Source: Tortispora ganteri
Lineage: Eukaryota
Length of the DNA stretch: 20,000 nucleotides
NCBI GenBank assembly: GCA_003707115.1
Contig: PPNB01000033.1
Span: forward strand, 47,880 to 67,879
Reading direction: 5' to 3'
The notes beneath the pieces are model-generated. The model searched no databases. It was given only the letters and a program-made list of their open reading frames with translations, and had not been told where the DNA came from. Positions 1 to 8,810 of this stretch are shown piece by piece; the stretch's first letter is position 1, and every line of letters starts with the position of its first letter. The position numbers and the translations under genes are program-made.

Positions 1-1752
1 TTGACATTTGCCTTGGGCATGAACACCTTTTCGGTTGATTGGATTAACACCAAAACAGGGTTCCACTTCTGGAATAACTTCTGCGACTTCTTCAGGATCA
101 TAGCTCGCTATTTTATCAGGCTGACCGTTGAACCTTGTACTTGGTTCAGTTCCGGATTCACTACTAGATGAGGAGTTGTAAAACCAGCGAAATTGGTTAT
201 TAAGACCGCCACCGGTACATGCGATCACTGAGAATTCTCCTGCTGTATCGGAAAATGATTTAACATCCTTGGAATGATCGTCATGAAAAACGTACTTAGG
301 TCTAATTCCGCGATCATAAAGTATTTTGAAAGCAAACTGGACCGTATCTTTAATGACATCTGGTTGTTCAAATTGAAGAATTTCTGGTATCCAACCATGC
401 CCAATCGGTATGCAAGACCCCTTATATTCGCAAAAAAAAATGCAACTAATGTGCTCGTGTTTCTTTCCCACTTCTGATTGAATATATACTGCCATATTTT
501 CAACGCCTTCAGCGACAAGCGGTTTCAGCAGATTCTCATAAAGACAAATAAAAGAACCTTCTAGCGCAACATCGTATCCGTCTTCAGGAAATATGTCATA
601 GTTGGGGATATCCTCATCACTGTGAAGTAAGCCAACTTCACGTTTCCCATTGATGCATTCTAAGTGACTCCGTTCAAAGCGTTCACTAGAAGCTTGAGCT
701 TCGTCTTCTAAAGTTCTAACAGTGTAGTCGCGTAATTCTTCGGTGTACTTTCGAGCAGAGATTAAAGGCTGCTCGGGGTCGCGAAGCCAAACGTAGTCTT
801 TCTGCCGATTTCGGAGATTCGTTAATTGAGCCAAAGTCATATTACAGGAAGCTTGTTTGAGTTCAGGATTTGTAGAGTTCTTCAGCGCTTGAAGTAGCTT
901 CTTCGGGCCAAGTGAAATGTTCTTGCGAATAAAACGATTGATGCCTGATACATCCCTATTTTGAGGTAAGTGTGCAGGAGTATGGTATATGTGTGAATAA
1001 GCACAGTCAAACAATTTGAGATGATTCAAATATTTAACTGTAAACTGGCCTCCTTTACAGGGATACTTTTTCCGGTTTTCGTCACTGACAGGTAGTTCAT
1101 TCAAAATCTTTGGAGGAATCTCTTGTGAGCAACTAAAGGTGTAGCTCGCGCTATTCTCGCGGTAGGACGTAGATCTGAGTACAAACTTGAAGCCAGTTTC
1201 TTCTTGGATACGATCGCGGATATGCTTGTAGATATATTCCAGTAGTTTCTTGCGATATTCTGGTGAGAATTTCCTGTTATATCTGGGTCTTTTGCGACTG
1301 CTATTCTCACTATCATCGTAGGAATCATATTCGCCGCTATTATCACTGTCATTTTCGACTTCTTCGCTATCACTAAGTTCGTCTTTGTCAGTCTCAATAA
1401 TGAATTTCGTATAAGGAAAGTCTTTCTTAGACTTATCTGCCAGGGCGTCAAGAAACTCGTTGAACAACAGCGGTTCCTCATCGATTTCGTTAAACATGCT
1501 AGAAGAGGAAAACCTATCTGCAATACGCTCATGACCCGATAACGTCATAAACTGGCGACAACGTTGTGCGCGCTTACGCTCGCGTGCTGCACGTCTGCAT
1601 TGCGCACAAGTCCGGTGCAATCCAACAGGACCATCCGCACGTGTCATCTGGACTTTGCATTGCGAACACAGTTTATATGGTATATTATTGGTTATACTAC
1701 TACTCTTATGTTTCACAGTCGAGTCTTCTAAAACGTTACGAGTAGAGTCCAT
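1..1752 (-). CDS. Probable MULE (Mutator-like) transposase-derived DNA-binding protein; >=584 aa, 3' end outside the window
   Basis: Hand translation from ATG at 1752-1750 is open to base 1 (MDSTRNVLEDSTVKHKSSSITNNIPYKLCSQCKVQ...RKGVHAQGKCQ). It is absent from the ORF track, presumably because no stop codon lies in the window. It contains C-x2-C-x16-C-x2-C plus a basic helix (1561-1668), an acidic tract, an NLS-like RKRPR, and a WRKY/GCM1-like TGFKF...C-x23-C-x21-H-x2-H (982-1197). Further on are WLRDPEQPLISA and the MULE-core-like KGSCIPIGHGWI...LYDRGIRPKYVFHDD (277-424). The ORF is seen directly; the family assignment is inference. Confidence 0.65.
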   Translation of the reverse strand, partial: MDSTRNVLEDSTVKHKSSSITNNIPYKLCSQCKVQMTRADGPVGLHRTCAQCRRAARERKRAQRCRQFMTLSGHERIADRFSSSSMFNEIDEEPLLFNEFLDALADKSKKDFPYTKFIIETDKDELSDSEEVENDSDNSGEYDSYDDSENSSRKRPRYNRKFSPEYRKKLLEYIYKHIRDRIQEETGFKFVLRSTSYRENSASYTFSCSQEIPPKILNELPVSDENRKKYPCKGGQFTVKYLNHLKLFDCAYSHIYHTPAHLPQNRDVSGINRFIRKNISLGPKKLLQALKNSTNPELKQASCNMTLAQLTNLRNRQKDYVWLRDPEQPLISARKYTEELRDYTVRTLEDEAQASSERFERSHLECINGKREVGLLHSDEDIPNYDIFPEDGYDVALEGSFICLYENLLKPLVAEGVENMAVYIQSEVGKKHEHISCIFFCEYKGSCIPIGHGWIPEILQFEQPDVIKDTVQFAFKILYDRGIRPKYVFHDDHSKDVKSFSDTAGEFSVIACTGGGLNNQFRWFYNSSSSSESGTEPSTRFNGQPDKIASYDPEEVAEVIPEVEPCFGVNPINRKGVHAQGKCQ

Positions 1753-2058
1753 TACTAATCGAGCAGGAAGCAAGCCGCGATGATCTCTCAATGCCTTTAG
1801 CGTTCATGAGATTGAGACTTTGATGCTGGTGTAGTTCTGTTTCTATAGCAACCAACAACTTGCCTGCCTCATGCGTCCTCCCCCCACCCATCGACCTATC
1901 CATCTAGCTATCTATCCACCTTCCGGAATCTAGTCGCCTCTGATTATTGGGCCTCCCTGCTACTCGAAGTCACAGCCTGTATTTGCATCAGGTGGACCTT
2001 TGTGAAGAATTACTAGTCAAGTCTTTAAGACGGCGGTAGCTGCACCTTTGTAAACACA

Positions 2059-5000
2059 ATGCCTGCGCCTTCTATCGTACTTACTCCGGCTGAGAAAAGC
2101 CTCTTTGCACAGCTTTTCCGCGCTGCCGATACCGACGGCGTTGGCGTGGTCACTGGCAATTCAGCAAGATCTCTTTTCGAAAAGTCCGGTCTTTCGCCTC
2201 TGCAACTAGGTGAGATATGGCAACTTTCCGATACCGAGAACGCCGGATTTCTAACCCAATTAGGCTTCTCTATCGCATGTCGTCTAATCGGTCATGTGCA
2301 GCACGGCAAGCCTACTAGAGCAGAACTTATATCTTCTCCCGGACCGTTACCTCGTTTTGATGGCATTAAACCTTCTCTGACAACTGCGCCGACTGCGTCC
2401 AACGCTGCTGCTGCTGCTTCGTCCTATAGGAATCCTCTCATAGATTCAGCTACGGATGCCGGATCCTCCGTTCCTCCTTTAAACTCAGCCGACAGGTCTC
2501 GATTTGCATCTCTGTTTGAGCGGACTGCTCCTGATGGTATTCTTTCGGGTGATAAGGCTCGGGAAATTTTTCTCAAGGCGCGCCTATCACCTGAGGTTCT
2601 CGGCCAAATATGGAATCTCGCTGACTTGAAGCAACGCGGCTTTTTAGAGAAGTCGGAATTCATCGTCGCGATGCACCTCATTCAAAATTGTCTGAATGGT
2701 TCTTTGAAATCTATTCCTAGTGCTATACCGCACTCTATTTATGCTGCTGCTGAAGGTGCAATCAATCCTGAACCTGTCGTCGACCTGTTTAACACCTCTC
2801 CGAAGGCACTGAATGCTAAGCCCCCTGCGCCGAATCCAAGGCATTCTATTACTTCACCTATTATCTCGGAAGCGGTGCAATCTTCTGATCGCAACAATTT
2901 CACGATGCCGCTTTCTTCTGAGCCCGCTTTTGCGGAACCACTTCCCGTGCCGCTTTCAGCCCGAGACCGATCCCGCTTTCAATCTCTCTTCAAATCTCTT
3001 GACACTAATCACTCCGGTCAAATTGGACCTAACGAAGCAGTACCATTTTTGAAAAAGTCAAACTTGTCTGATACTATCCTAGCACAAATATGGGACTTGT
3101 CAGATAGACACAACACCGGAACTTTTGACCAAGATGATTTCTGCGTTGCAATGTACTTTGTTGAACAAGCTTTGCATGGTAAGCCTCTACCATCTTCTAT
3201 CGCAGAAGTGTCGCCTAATATTGCTAATGAAAAACCTTCTTATCAAACCTCAACCACTCCAGTTGCACCTATGAGCCCCCCTGCAGGCCAGAAGAAAACT
3301 ACTTTGGATGAATTGTTTGATTTAAATGATGCGTTTAGCTCTTCTCCGGGTTTGCAAAATGATTTCACTGGATCATCTGCCAATTCGCAACCACTAACTG
3401 GAAGAGCATTGTCGAATGTTGTCTCACCAAGGGGCTCTGTCTTTGTTCCGCAATCCTCATTTGGGCAGCAAATGGCTGCTAACATCAAAAAGGTACCTAT
3501 GGAATCATTTGAATCTGTTACAGCATTAGGCAAATCTTCTAAAGCCTCTAATCCAGTTGTCACGCCTGTTAAGGCTCCTGAATCTGCATCTAGCTCGACT
3601 TTTGTCTCTGCGCCTGCACTTGCACCTGAGAGGGATCTTCTTGATTCTACAGATGATGTAGCAGTTCCCCAGGAAGCAACAGCTCTAGCTAACCTTGGCA
3701 ATCAGGTTTCGTCTCTAACGAGCCAAACTCAGGGTCTTGTAAATAAGCGCTCTAGCCTGGAAGAGTCTGCTAGTTTGGCGAGCAAAGCCAAAAGCGAAAT
3801 TGAGGCGAAATTATCTCAATTGCGACAAATATATGATGTTGAAGTGATAAAAGTGCAAGAGGCAGAGGCTCGGTTGGAACAATCACGCAAAGAAACATTG
3901 GATTTGCGTCGCGACTTCTCTGTATTAGAAGCTACTTATCATGCTTTGCAAGCACGTTACCAGGAAACTTCATCTGCATTGGAATTGGACCAAAATGAAA
4001 ATTTGGCCCTTAAAGAGAAAATCAAAGTGACCAACGAAGAGATTTCTCGTCTTAACGTTGAGCTTGAAAAGTTAGAGAAGGAGTCTCGACACGTTAAAGG
4101 ACTGATTGCTATCAACAAAAAGCAATTTGCTACTGTGGAGGGCACTATGGCTTCTTCTCAAGCGGAAGCTGCTACTTTACGGCATGAGATACAAGATGCG
4201 CAGCAAGAATTATCCTCCTTTAAGAATAACAAAGAGATAACCGCAACGGACGCTGGTGCTTCCTTTACAAAGTCACATCCAAGTTCATCTCAAGACAACA
4301 TTCTCTATCCTGTAAGTGATGCTATTCAAAGCGATGGACTGAATTTGCATGCCGAAAGTGAGACAGAAGATGTGGGTGAAAATGTATCGCGTTCTCTCAA
4401 TACCGGTAACGTTGCTGCGACAATGTCACCGTCCTCTTCCAGTGGACCAAGTTTGGACACCAACATCTCTTCACTCCCTCCTCCTGATGCCAGTACAGGA
4501 TTTTCTTCATCAATGATGCCATTAGTTACCGGAGTTTCGAATGTCAACTCTGTATTATTTGCACGTTCTGGATCTGTTTCGTCTTCTGTCCAAAACAATG
4601 CACCATTGTCGGTGCGAGGTGACATTGATACGTCTCGACCTATAACTCCTGAGTCCAGCGTCACAAACGCGGCTCATGTGGCATCATTAGCCGATGCATC
4701 TGAAACCAATGATGCGCCATCTGACGTGTTTTCTACACAAGCTGCTGCTTCAGGGTCAGAGCAACAAAGCAGGGCAACCTCTTCTCAGGACAGTAGAGCT
4801 TCATATGAATCATTTGAGCCGGTCAATCTACCTGGAACTTTCCCTGGATCTGAAGATGATTATAGAAAGGCTGAGAGCGGTACGGTTCATGCTAGTGTTG
4901 GGGATTCCTTTAACGATCATGTTGTGGATACATACGGTTCTACTGAAAACCCTGGGTCTACTGCCACTCTCGAAGCGTCTGAGATCGAGGCGTCATCTTT

Positions 5001-5802
5001 ACCTCCCATTTCTGAAAGATTATCGATCAATGAAGAGTTTCCACCTATACATGAATTAGAAATCGATGAGTCAAGCAGCGAAACAGAGGATGAAACTGAC
5101 AATATGTATTCAGAAAGCCCCGATGCCAAATCATTGGAACCTATCGATACGGTGAAAGAAAATAGTGATGGAAGCGATATTGTTTCAAACTCTAATAATG
5201 ATATGCCCGAATTACTGCAGGTCGCTTTAGACTCTTCTTCTGCCACCACTACTCCTGCAGACCCTAATTCTGATGTGATTCATTCTCCAGTTCCTGTGCA
5301 CGCCTCTCAGTCTCTATCAGGTATCAACGGTCTAGATATGAATACCGCCAATGCTGCTGGTAATAGCGTTGTGGAAACTTCTAGAAGTGCAACTGATACT
5401 CCAGATTTTGACGATGAATTCAGCGGACTTCAAGATGCTACAGAGGAAGCAGAAGAAGCCAATCTGAGCGCCGATATTTCCTACGACATGCAAAATGAGG
5501 AATCCGTATTTGGAGATTTCAATGCATTTGCTAAACAGAACCTTGCAGGAGTAGATGTTGAAAAGATACAAGAGAGCACAGATGGTAAAGACGAATGGGA
5601 TGAGATTTTTGCTGATTTCAGTAAACCTGGGGCAGAAGCTGTCATAGAAGACGTGGCGGCGCCTATTGAACTTACTCCGCAAAGAAACGGACCGTTGGGC
5701 GAGTTGTTGTCTATGGGCTTTAAGGAAGAAGCAGCGAAGGCGGCTCTGGATACGCACGGCGGGGATCTGGCTCAAGCTACTAACTATCTTCTAGACAGCT
5801 AG
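2059..5802 (+). CDS. EDE1: EH-domain endocytic scaffold Ede1/Eps15 (3 EH domains, coiled coil, C-terminal UBA)
   Basis: 1247-aa ORF. Three EH repeats (LGEIWQLSD, LGQIWNLAD, LAQIWDLSD), a central coiled coil, the conserved EEFPPIHELEIDES and DEWDEIF motifs, and a UBA domain LLSMGF...GGDLAQATNYLLD. Confidence 0.96.
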   Translation: MPAPSIVLTPAEKSLFAQLFRAADTDGVGVVTGNSARSLFEKSGLSPLQLGEIWQLSDTENAGFLTQLGFSIACRLIGHVQHGKPTRAELISSPGPLPRFDGIKPSLTTAPTASNAAAAASSYRNPLIDSATDAGSSVPPLNSADRSRFASLFERTAPDGILSGDKAREIFLKARLSPEVLGQIWNLADLKQRGFLEKSEFIVAMHLIQNCLNGSLKSIPSAIPHSIYAAAEGAINPEPVVDLFNTSPKALNAKPPAPNPRHSITSPIISEAVQSSDRNNFTMPLSSEPAFAEPLPVPLSARDRSRFQSLFKSLDTNHSGQIGPNEAVPFLKKSNLSDTILAQIWDLSDRHNTGTFDQDDFCVAMYFVEQALHGKPLPSSIAEVSPNIANEKPSYQTSTTPVAPMSPPAGQKKTTLDELFDLNDAFSSSPGLQNDFTGSSANSQPLTGRALSNVVSPRGSVFVPQSSFGQQMAANIKKVPMESFESVTALGKSSKASNPVVTPVKAPESASSSTFVSAPALAPERDLLDSTDDVAVPQEATALANLGNQVSSLTSQTQGLVNKRSSLEESASLASKAKSEIEAKLSQLRQIYDVEVIKVQEAEARLEQSRKETLDLRRDFSVLEATYHALQARYQETSSALELDQNENLALKEKIKVTNEEISRLNVELEKLEKESRHVKGLIAINKKQFATVEGTMASSQAEAATLRHEIQDAQQELSSFKNNKEITATDAGASFTKSHPSSSQDNILYPVSDAIQSDGLNLHAESETEDVGENVSRSLNTGNVAATMSPSSSSGPSLDTNISSLPPPDASTGFSSSMMPLVTGVSNVNSVLFARSGSVSSSVQNNAPLSVRGDIDTSRPITPESSVTNAAHVASLADASETNDAPSDVFSTQAAASGSEQQSRATSSQDSRASYESFEPVNLPGTFPGSEDDYRKAESGTVHASVGDSFNDHVVDTYGSTENPGSTATLEASEIEASSLPPISERLSINEEFPPIHELEIDESSSETEDETDNMYSESPDAKSLEPIDTVKENSDGSDIVSNSNNDMPELLQVALDSSSATTTPADPNSDVIHSPVPVHASQSLSGINGLDMNTANAAGNSVVETSRSATDTPDFDDEFSGLQDATEEAEEANLSADISYDMQNEESVFGDFNAFAKQNLAGVDVEKIQESTDGKDEWDEIFADFSKPGAEAVIEDVAAPIELTPQRNGPLGELLSMGFKEEAAKAALDTHGGDLAQATNYLLDS

Positions 5803-5861
5803 CGGTGAGATATCTATTATTACTTTATAACTGGAGTAGTTTTGTAAGAAGATGCAGAGAG

Positions 5862-6557
5862 TCATTGTATTTCCGATACGTGATCAGGTTCGTGGAAAGT
5901 AGGGGAGCAATGTGCTAATGTGACTCTTTTGTGATTTCTACCTCTAAGAGAGAGGTTCTGAAGCCAGGCAAAAAATTGAGGAGCAACAAAGAGGTACGCT
6001 GATATGGCGACGAGAGCAACTAGCGCGATTATAGATGTGAGTGATCTGGGCACCAGGCCAAAGAGTAGTGGGTCGAAAGCAATGTCAAACGTTAGTAGCT
6101 GAGGCACAGTAGATAAAGAGAGATTGAACGGTACGTATGTGGGTGTAAAAGTCAAGGTTAGCATGTAATTGTCAGATTGAACTTTTAAGTCGCAGGGCGG
6201 AGACGCTGGTAGACTGACACGCAGGGAATAGCGGTTCGCGGGGATGCGATCTGTAGCGTAGCGACGCACTACTGGCCTAGGTAGATACACATCAGTCATG
6301 TTAGGGTCTAACAGTGCGTTATCAGGATAGGAGATGTTATCATAATATGCATGCTTATCATAAATCAGCGAAACCATGTCTGTGAATGTTAAAGGGTATA
6401 CTGCAGCCAAAGACGGGCTAACTTTGATCGGGAAAATGGGGGAATCATTGGGCGGCAGCAGGGCTGGAGGGTCGCTAGAAGTACCAACAAACTCCACTGT
6501 AATAATCTCAGTGTTCGCTAAAACATAAGTGATAAATATAGGTACCAGAAGTAGCAT
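5862..6557 (-). CDS. Pga1-like GPI-mannosyltransferase II co-activator (ER type I membrane protein)
   Basis: First ATG is at 6557; the track's start at 6605 is a non-ATG codon. Signal peptide MLLLVPIFITYVLA-NTE, then RYSLRVSLPASPPCDL and FDIAFDPLLFGLVPRSL followed by one C-terminal TM helix. This matches the pattern I recall for fungal Pga1-family proteins. Confidence 0.65.
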   Translation of the reverse strand: MLLLVPIFITYVLANTEIITVEFVGTSSDPPALLPPNDSPIFPIKVSPSLAAVYPLTFTDMVSLIYDKHAYYDNISYPDNALLDPNMTDVYLPRPVVRRYATDRIPANRYSLRVSLPASPPCDLKVQSDNYMLTLTFTPTYVPFNLSLSTVPQLLTFDIAFDPLLFGLVPRSLTSIIALVALVAISAYLFVAPQFFAWLQNLSLRGRNHKRVTLAHCSPTFHEPDHVSEIQ

Positions 6558-6654
6558 TTTTGTGGGTTTGCCAAAAATTAAGAAGGTGAATGTAACGGAA
6601 GACAAAGATGAAGTAACGTGAGATGGGAGTTGGTGTTCTAGAAATCGTCAAACC

Positions 6655-7188
6655 ATGTCTGTAGACGAAGCAACATTTGTCCGTGCTTATTTAAGCCTCT
6701 TGAATAGTAAATCTATTGGCTCGCGTACATTTGATGGTGGCGCTCCAGAAATTTTGCCGCCGCTAGATAATATGAAAGCGCAGGCGATCGACCAGAACAC
6801 CGATGACTGCCTAGTGTCAGTGAGTGTTAAGACATTGCGGCCGCCTGTTAAGTCCACAGAAATAACTCTGAAGCCTACAGACACTGTGTTTTATTTGAAA
6901 GAGCAACTGAAAAAAGTGGCTGGCTTTGAGAATGTTCTCAAATTGTTGATTAAGGGAAAAGTTCTCAAAGATTCGATGCAGATCAGAGAGGCGTATGATG
7001 GCACGTCAACAATCATAGCGATGTTGGGTACTACTCCAACTGCTAACGAAATGAAGATGCAATCTTGTGCACAATTTGAGATGACGGACAAAGTCTGGAG
7101 CGAAATTCGCAATTGTCTCGTCAAATCGGATAATGTTCCGAACAACGCTGTCGATGATATACTGCAGCGATTGAAGCAAAACTGGTGA
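6655..7188 (+). CDS. GET5: Get5/Mdy2 ubiquitin-like protein of the GET tail-anchored protein pathway
   Basis: N-terminal EATFVRAYLSLL (Get4-binding helix), a central Ubl domain (VSVKTLRPP...TVFYLKEQL...KLLIKGKVLKD), and a C-terminal dimerisation motif VWSEIRNCL...LQRLKQNW. Confidence 0.85.
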   Translation: MSVDEATFVRAYLSLLNSKSIGSRTFDGGAPEILPPLDNMKAQAIDQNTDDCLVSVSVKTLRPPVKSTEITLKPTDTVFYLKEQLKKVAGFENVLKLLIKGKVLKDSMQIREAYDGTSTIIAMLGTTPTANEMKMQSCAQFEMTDKVWSEIRNCLVKSDNVPNNAVDDILQRLKQNW

Positions 7189-7398
7189 CAATGGGTTCTC
7201 AAAACATGATACATATATTTTATGATCTATTTACTGTATAGTTATAATACAATGAACCCCTGGAATGTGAATAAAGACACTTATAATCTGCTGCAAGCTC
7301 TGCAGCCTGTAGAAATGGTGTCGCCGTTGCTATGAGACAGGTCACAGAGATCGATATTAATACTGACCGTCAAAGTACTCCATACCATATAACTCGTA

Positions 7399-8454
7399 AT
7401 GTTCAATTTGCACGCCTTCCATAATCCTAATCAGAAGTTTCACGACTATTTCCGATGCTACCCGATATCTATGATGGCTGGTCCGTCAAGAGAGTCGCTG
7501 AACTACGGTGGTAAAATTATCTTACCACCGAGTGCGCTGGATAGATTGTCTCGCCTCAATATCACGTATCCTATGCTGTTTGAACTCAAGAACGAATTCT
7601 CTGGAAAGATTACATATTCTGGTGTTCTTGAGTTTATAGCTGAAGAGGGAAGGGTCTATTTGCCTAACTGGATGCTTAGATCTTTAGGACTAGGCTCTGG
7701 CGAACTCATAGTTATCGAATCTGCTACTTTAATGCAAGGTTCGTTTTTGAAAATACAGCCTCAATCAACTGATTTTCTCGATATTTCTGACCCAAAAGCT
7801 GTATTGGAAAATTCTCTCAGGAACTTTAGTACACTCACTGTTGACGATATCTTTGAAATATCTTATAATGATCATATCTACGCTATCAAAGTGCTGGAAG
7901 TAAGACCGGAATCAGATTCTCACTCGATATCGGTTGTGGAGACTGACATAGAAGTTGATTTTGCCCCGCCCGTGGGCTACGTCGAGCCAAATCCTGCATC
8001 CAGTATATCTACAGCTGCTTCGCGAAGTATGACGCCAGCAATTAATACGCCTGGTGCTATGGCTGCCACAATAGGCTACAACGATATGCTGGCATCTGCT
8101 TCGCAATCTTCTCTATCGTCGTTTCAAGGCCAGGGCCAACGTTTGTCTGGCCGATCACGATCCGTTATACCTTCACCAGCATCTACTGATGCTAAACCAG
8201 CTACCGTATCTGCACATCTGCAAGCCGATAGCACGCCTCTGCCTCTGAATTTGAGCTACGGTACTTTCTTTTTTGGGTTTCCGATAATCCCTGTGCCAGC
8301 TGAAACGAGCAACGACGATACTCCGGAACTGTCTGAGTCGCAGGTATTCGCAGGCGTCGGCCAGAGTCTTCGCACGAACCGTAAACGCAAAGAGAGCAGT
8401 GAACAGTCTAGAAGAGTACGCCAGCACTCCGCAGACGCTATCGAAGTCGATTGA
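7399..8454 (+). CDS. UFD1: Ubiquitin fusion degradation protein Ufd1 (Cdc48 cofactor)
   Basis: FRCYPISMM, NYGGKIILPPSALDRL, YPMLFEL, GVLEFIAEEGRVYLP and QPQSTDFLDISDPKAVLENSLRNFSTLT, plus SHP-box-like FQGQGQRL and FAGVGQSL. An in-frame TAA at 7390 lies just upstream of the ATG at 7399. Confidence 0.97.
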   Translation: MFNLHAFHNPNQKFHDYFRCYPISMMAGPSRESLNYGGKIILPPSALDRLSRLNITYPMLFELKNEFSGKITYSGVLEFIAEEGRVYLPNWMLRSLGLGSGELIVIESATLMQGSFLKIQPQSTDFLDISDPKAVLENSLRNFSTLTVDDIFEISYNDHIYAIKVLEVRPESDSHSISVVETDIEVDFAPPVGYVEPNPASSISTAASRSMTPAINTPGAMAATIGYNDMLASASQSSLSSFQGQGQRLSGRSRSVIPSPASTDAKPATVSAHLQADSTPLPLNLSYGTFFFGFPIIPVPAETSNDDTPELSESQVFAGVGQSLRTNRKRKESSEQSRRVRQHSADAIEVD

Positions 8455-8810
8455 TTGATAATACACCATGTAGGTCGCGTTCTCAAAGTTACACTCTGCG
8501 AACTTTATTTTCCCGATACGGAAACCACTATCAGGAACGTGCGCAACACCCGTTTCCCCATACATCACAATATCGCCTACCCTTTGCCCCGTCATTCGCC
8601 TACAAAACTATTCACCGATAATAAGGGCACCAATCCGTGTAGATCTCGTTTCAGTTTTTTAAGGAACAGATAAATCAGTACGGTTTCCATTGTGATTCAT
8701 TCTGTGTTGTCATTTCTATCGCAGTAAGGATAAGATAACTCACCCTCTCACGTCTACTTGACCTCGTTGTTTTCCTATAGCAGTGGGTTAAACCCGTGTT
8801 TTACCGCCAT

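Noticed and set aside
225..1532. Track ORFs 225-518, 274-477 and 1101-1532
   Set aside because: They are alternative-frame or antisense shadows of the long minus-strand ORF 1752->1 and have no recognisable motifs.
1561..1668. GATA zinc finger call for the left-edge ORF
   Set aside because: The spacing is x16 rather than x17/18, and the TPxWR and CNACG signatures are absent.
1753..2058. Terminal inverted repeat or TSD of an active Mutator element
   Set aside because: Nothing recognisable in the 306-bp gap. The other end is outside the window, so a TIR cannot be tested.
2424..5775. Several antisense and alternate-frame ORFs inside EDE1 (up to 152 aa)
   Set aside because: Shadows of a Ser/Ala-rich coding sequence with no protein-like features.
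8555..8566. Rap1-like CCCCATACATC upstream of MAF1
   Set aside because: Only a partial match to ACACCCATACAT, single copy, and the role of Rap1 in this lineage is unknown.
8173..8673. ORFs 8173-8595 (-), 8256-8486 (-) and 8455-8673 (+) between UFD1 and MAF1
   Set aside because: They overlap the UFD1 3' end or the MAF1 promoter and have no motifs; 8455-8673 also starts at TTG rather than ATG.
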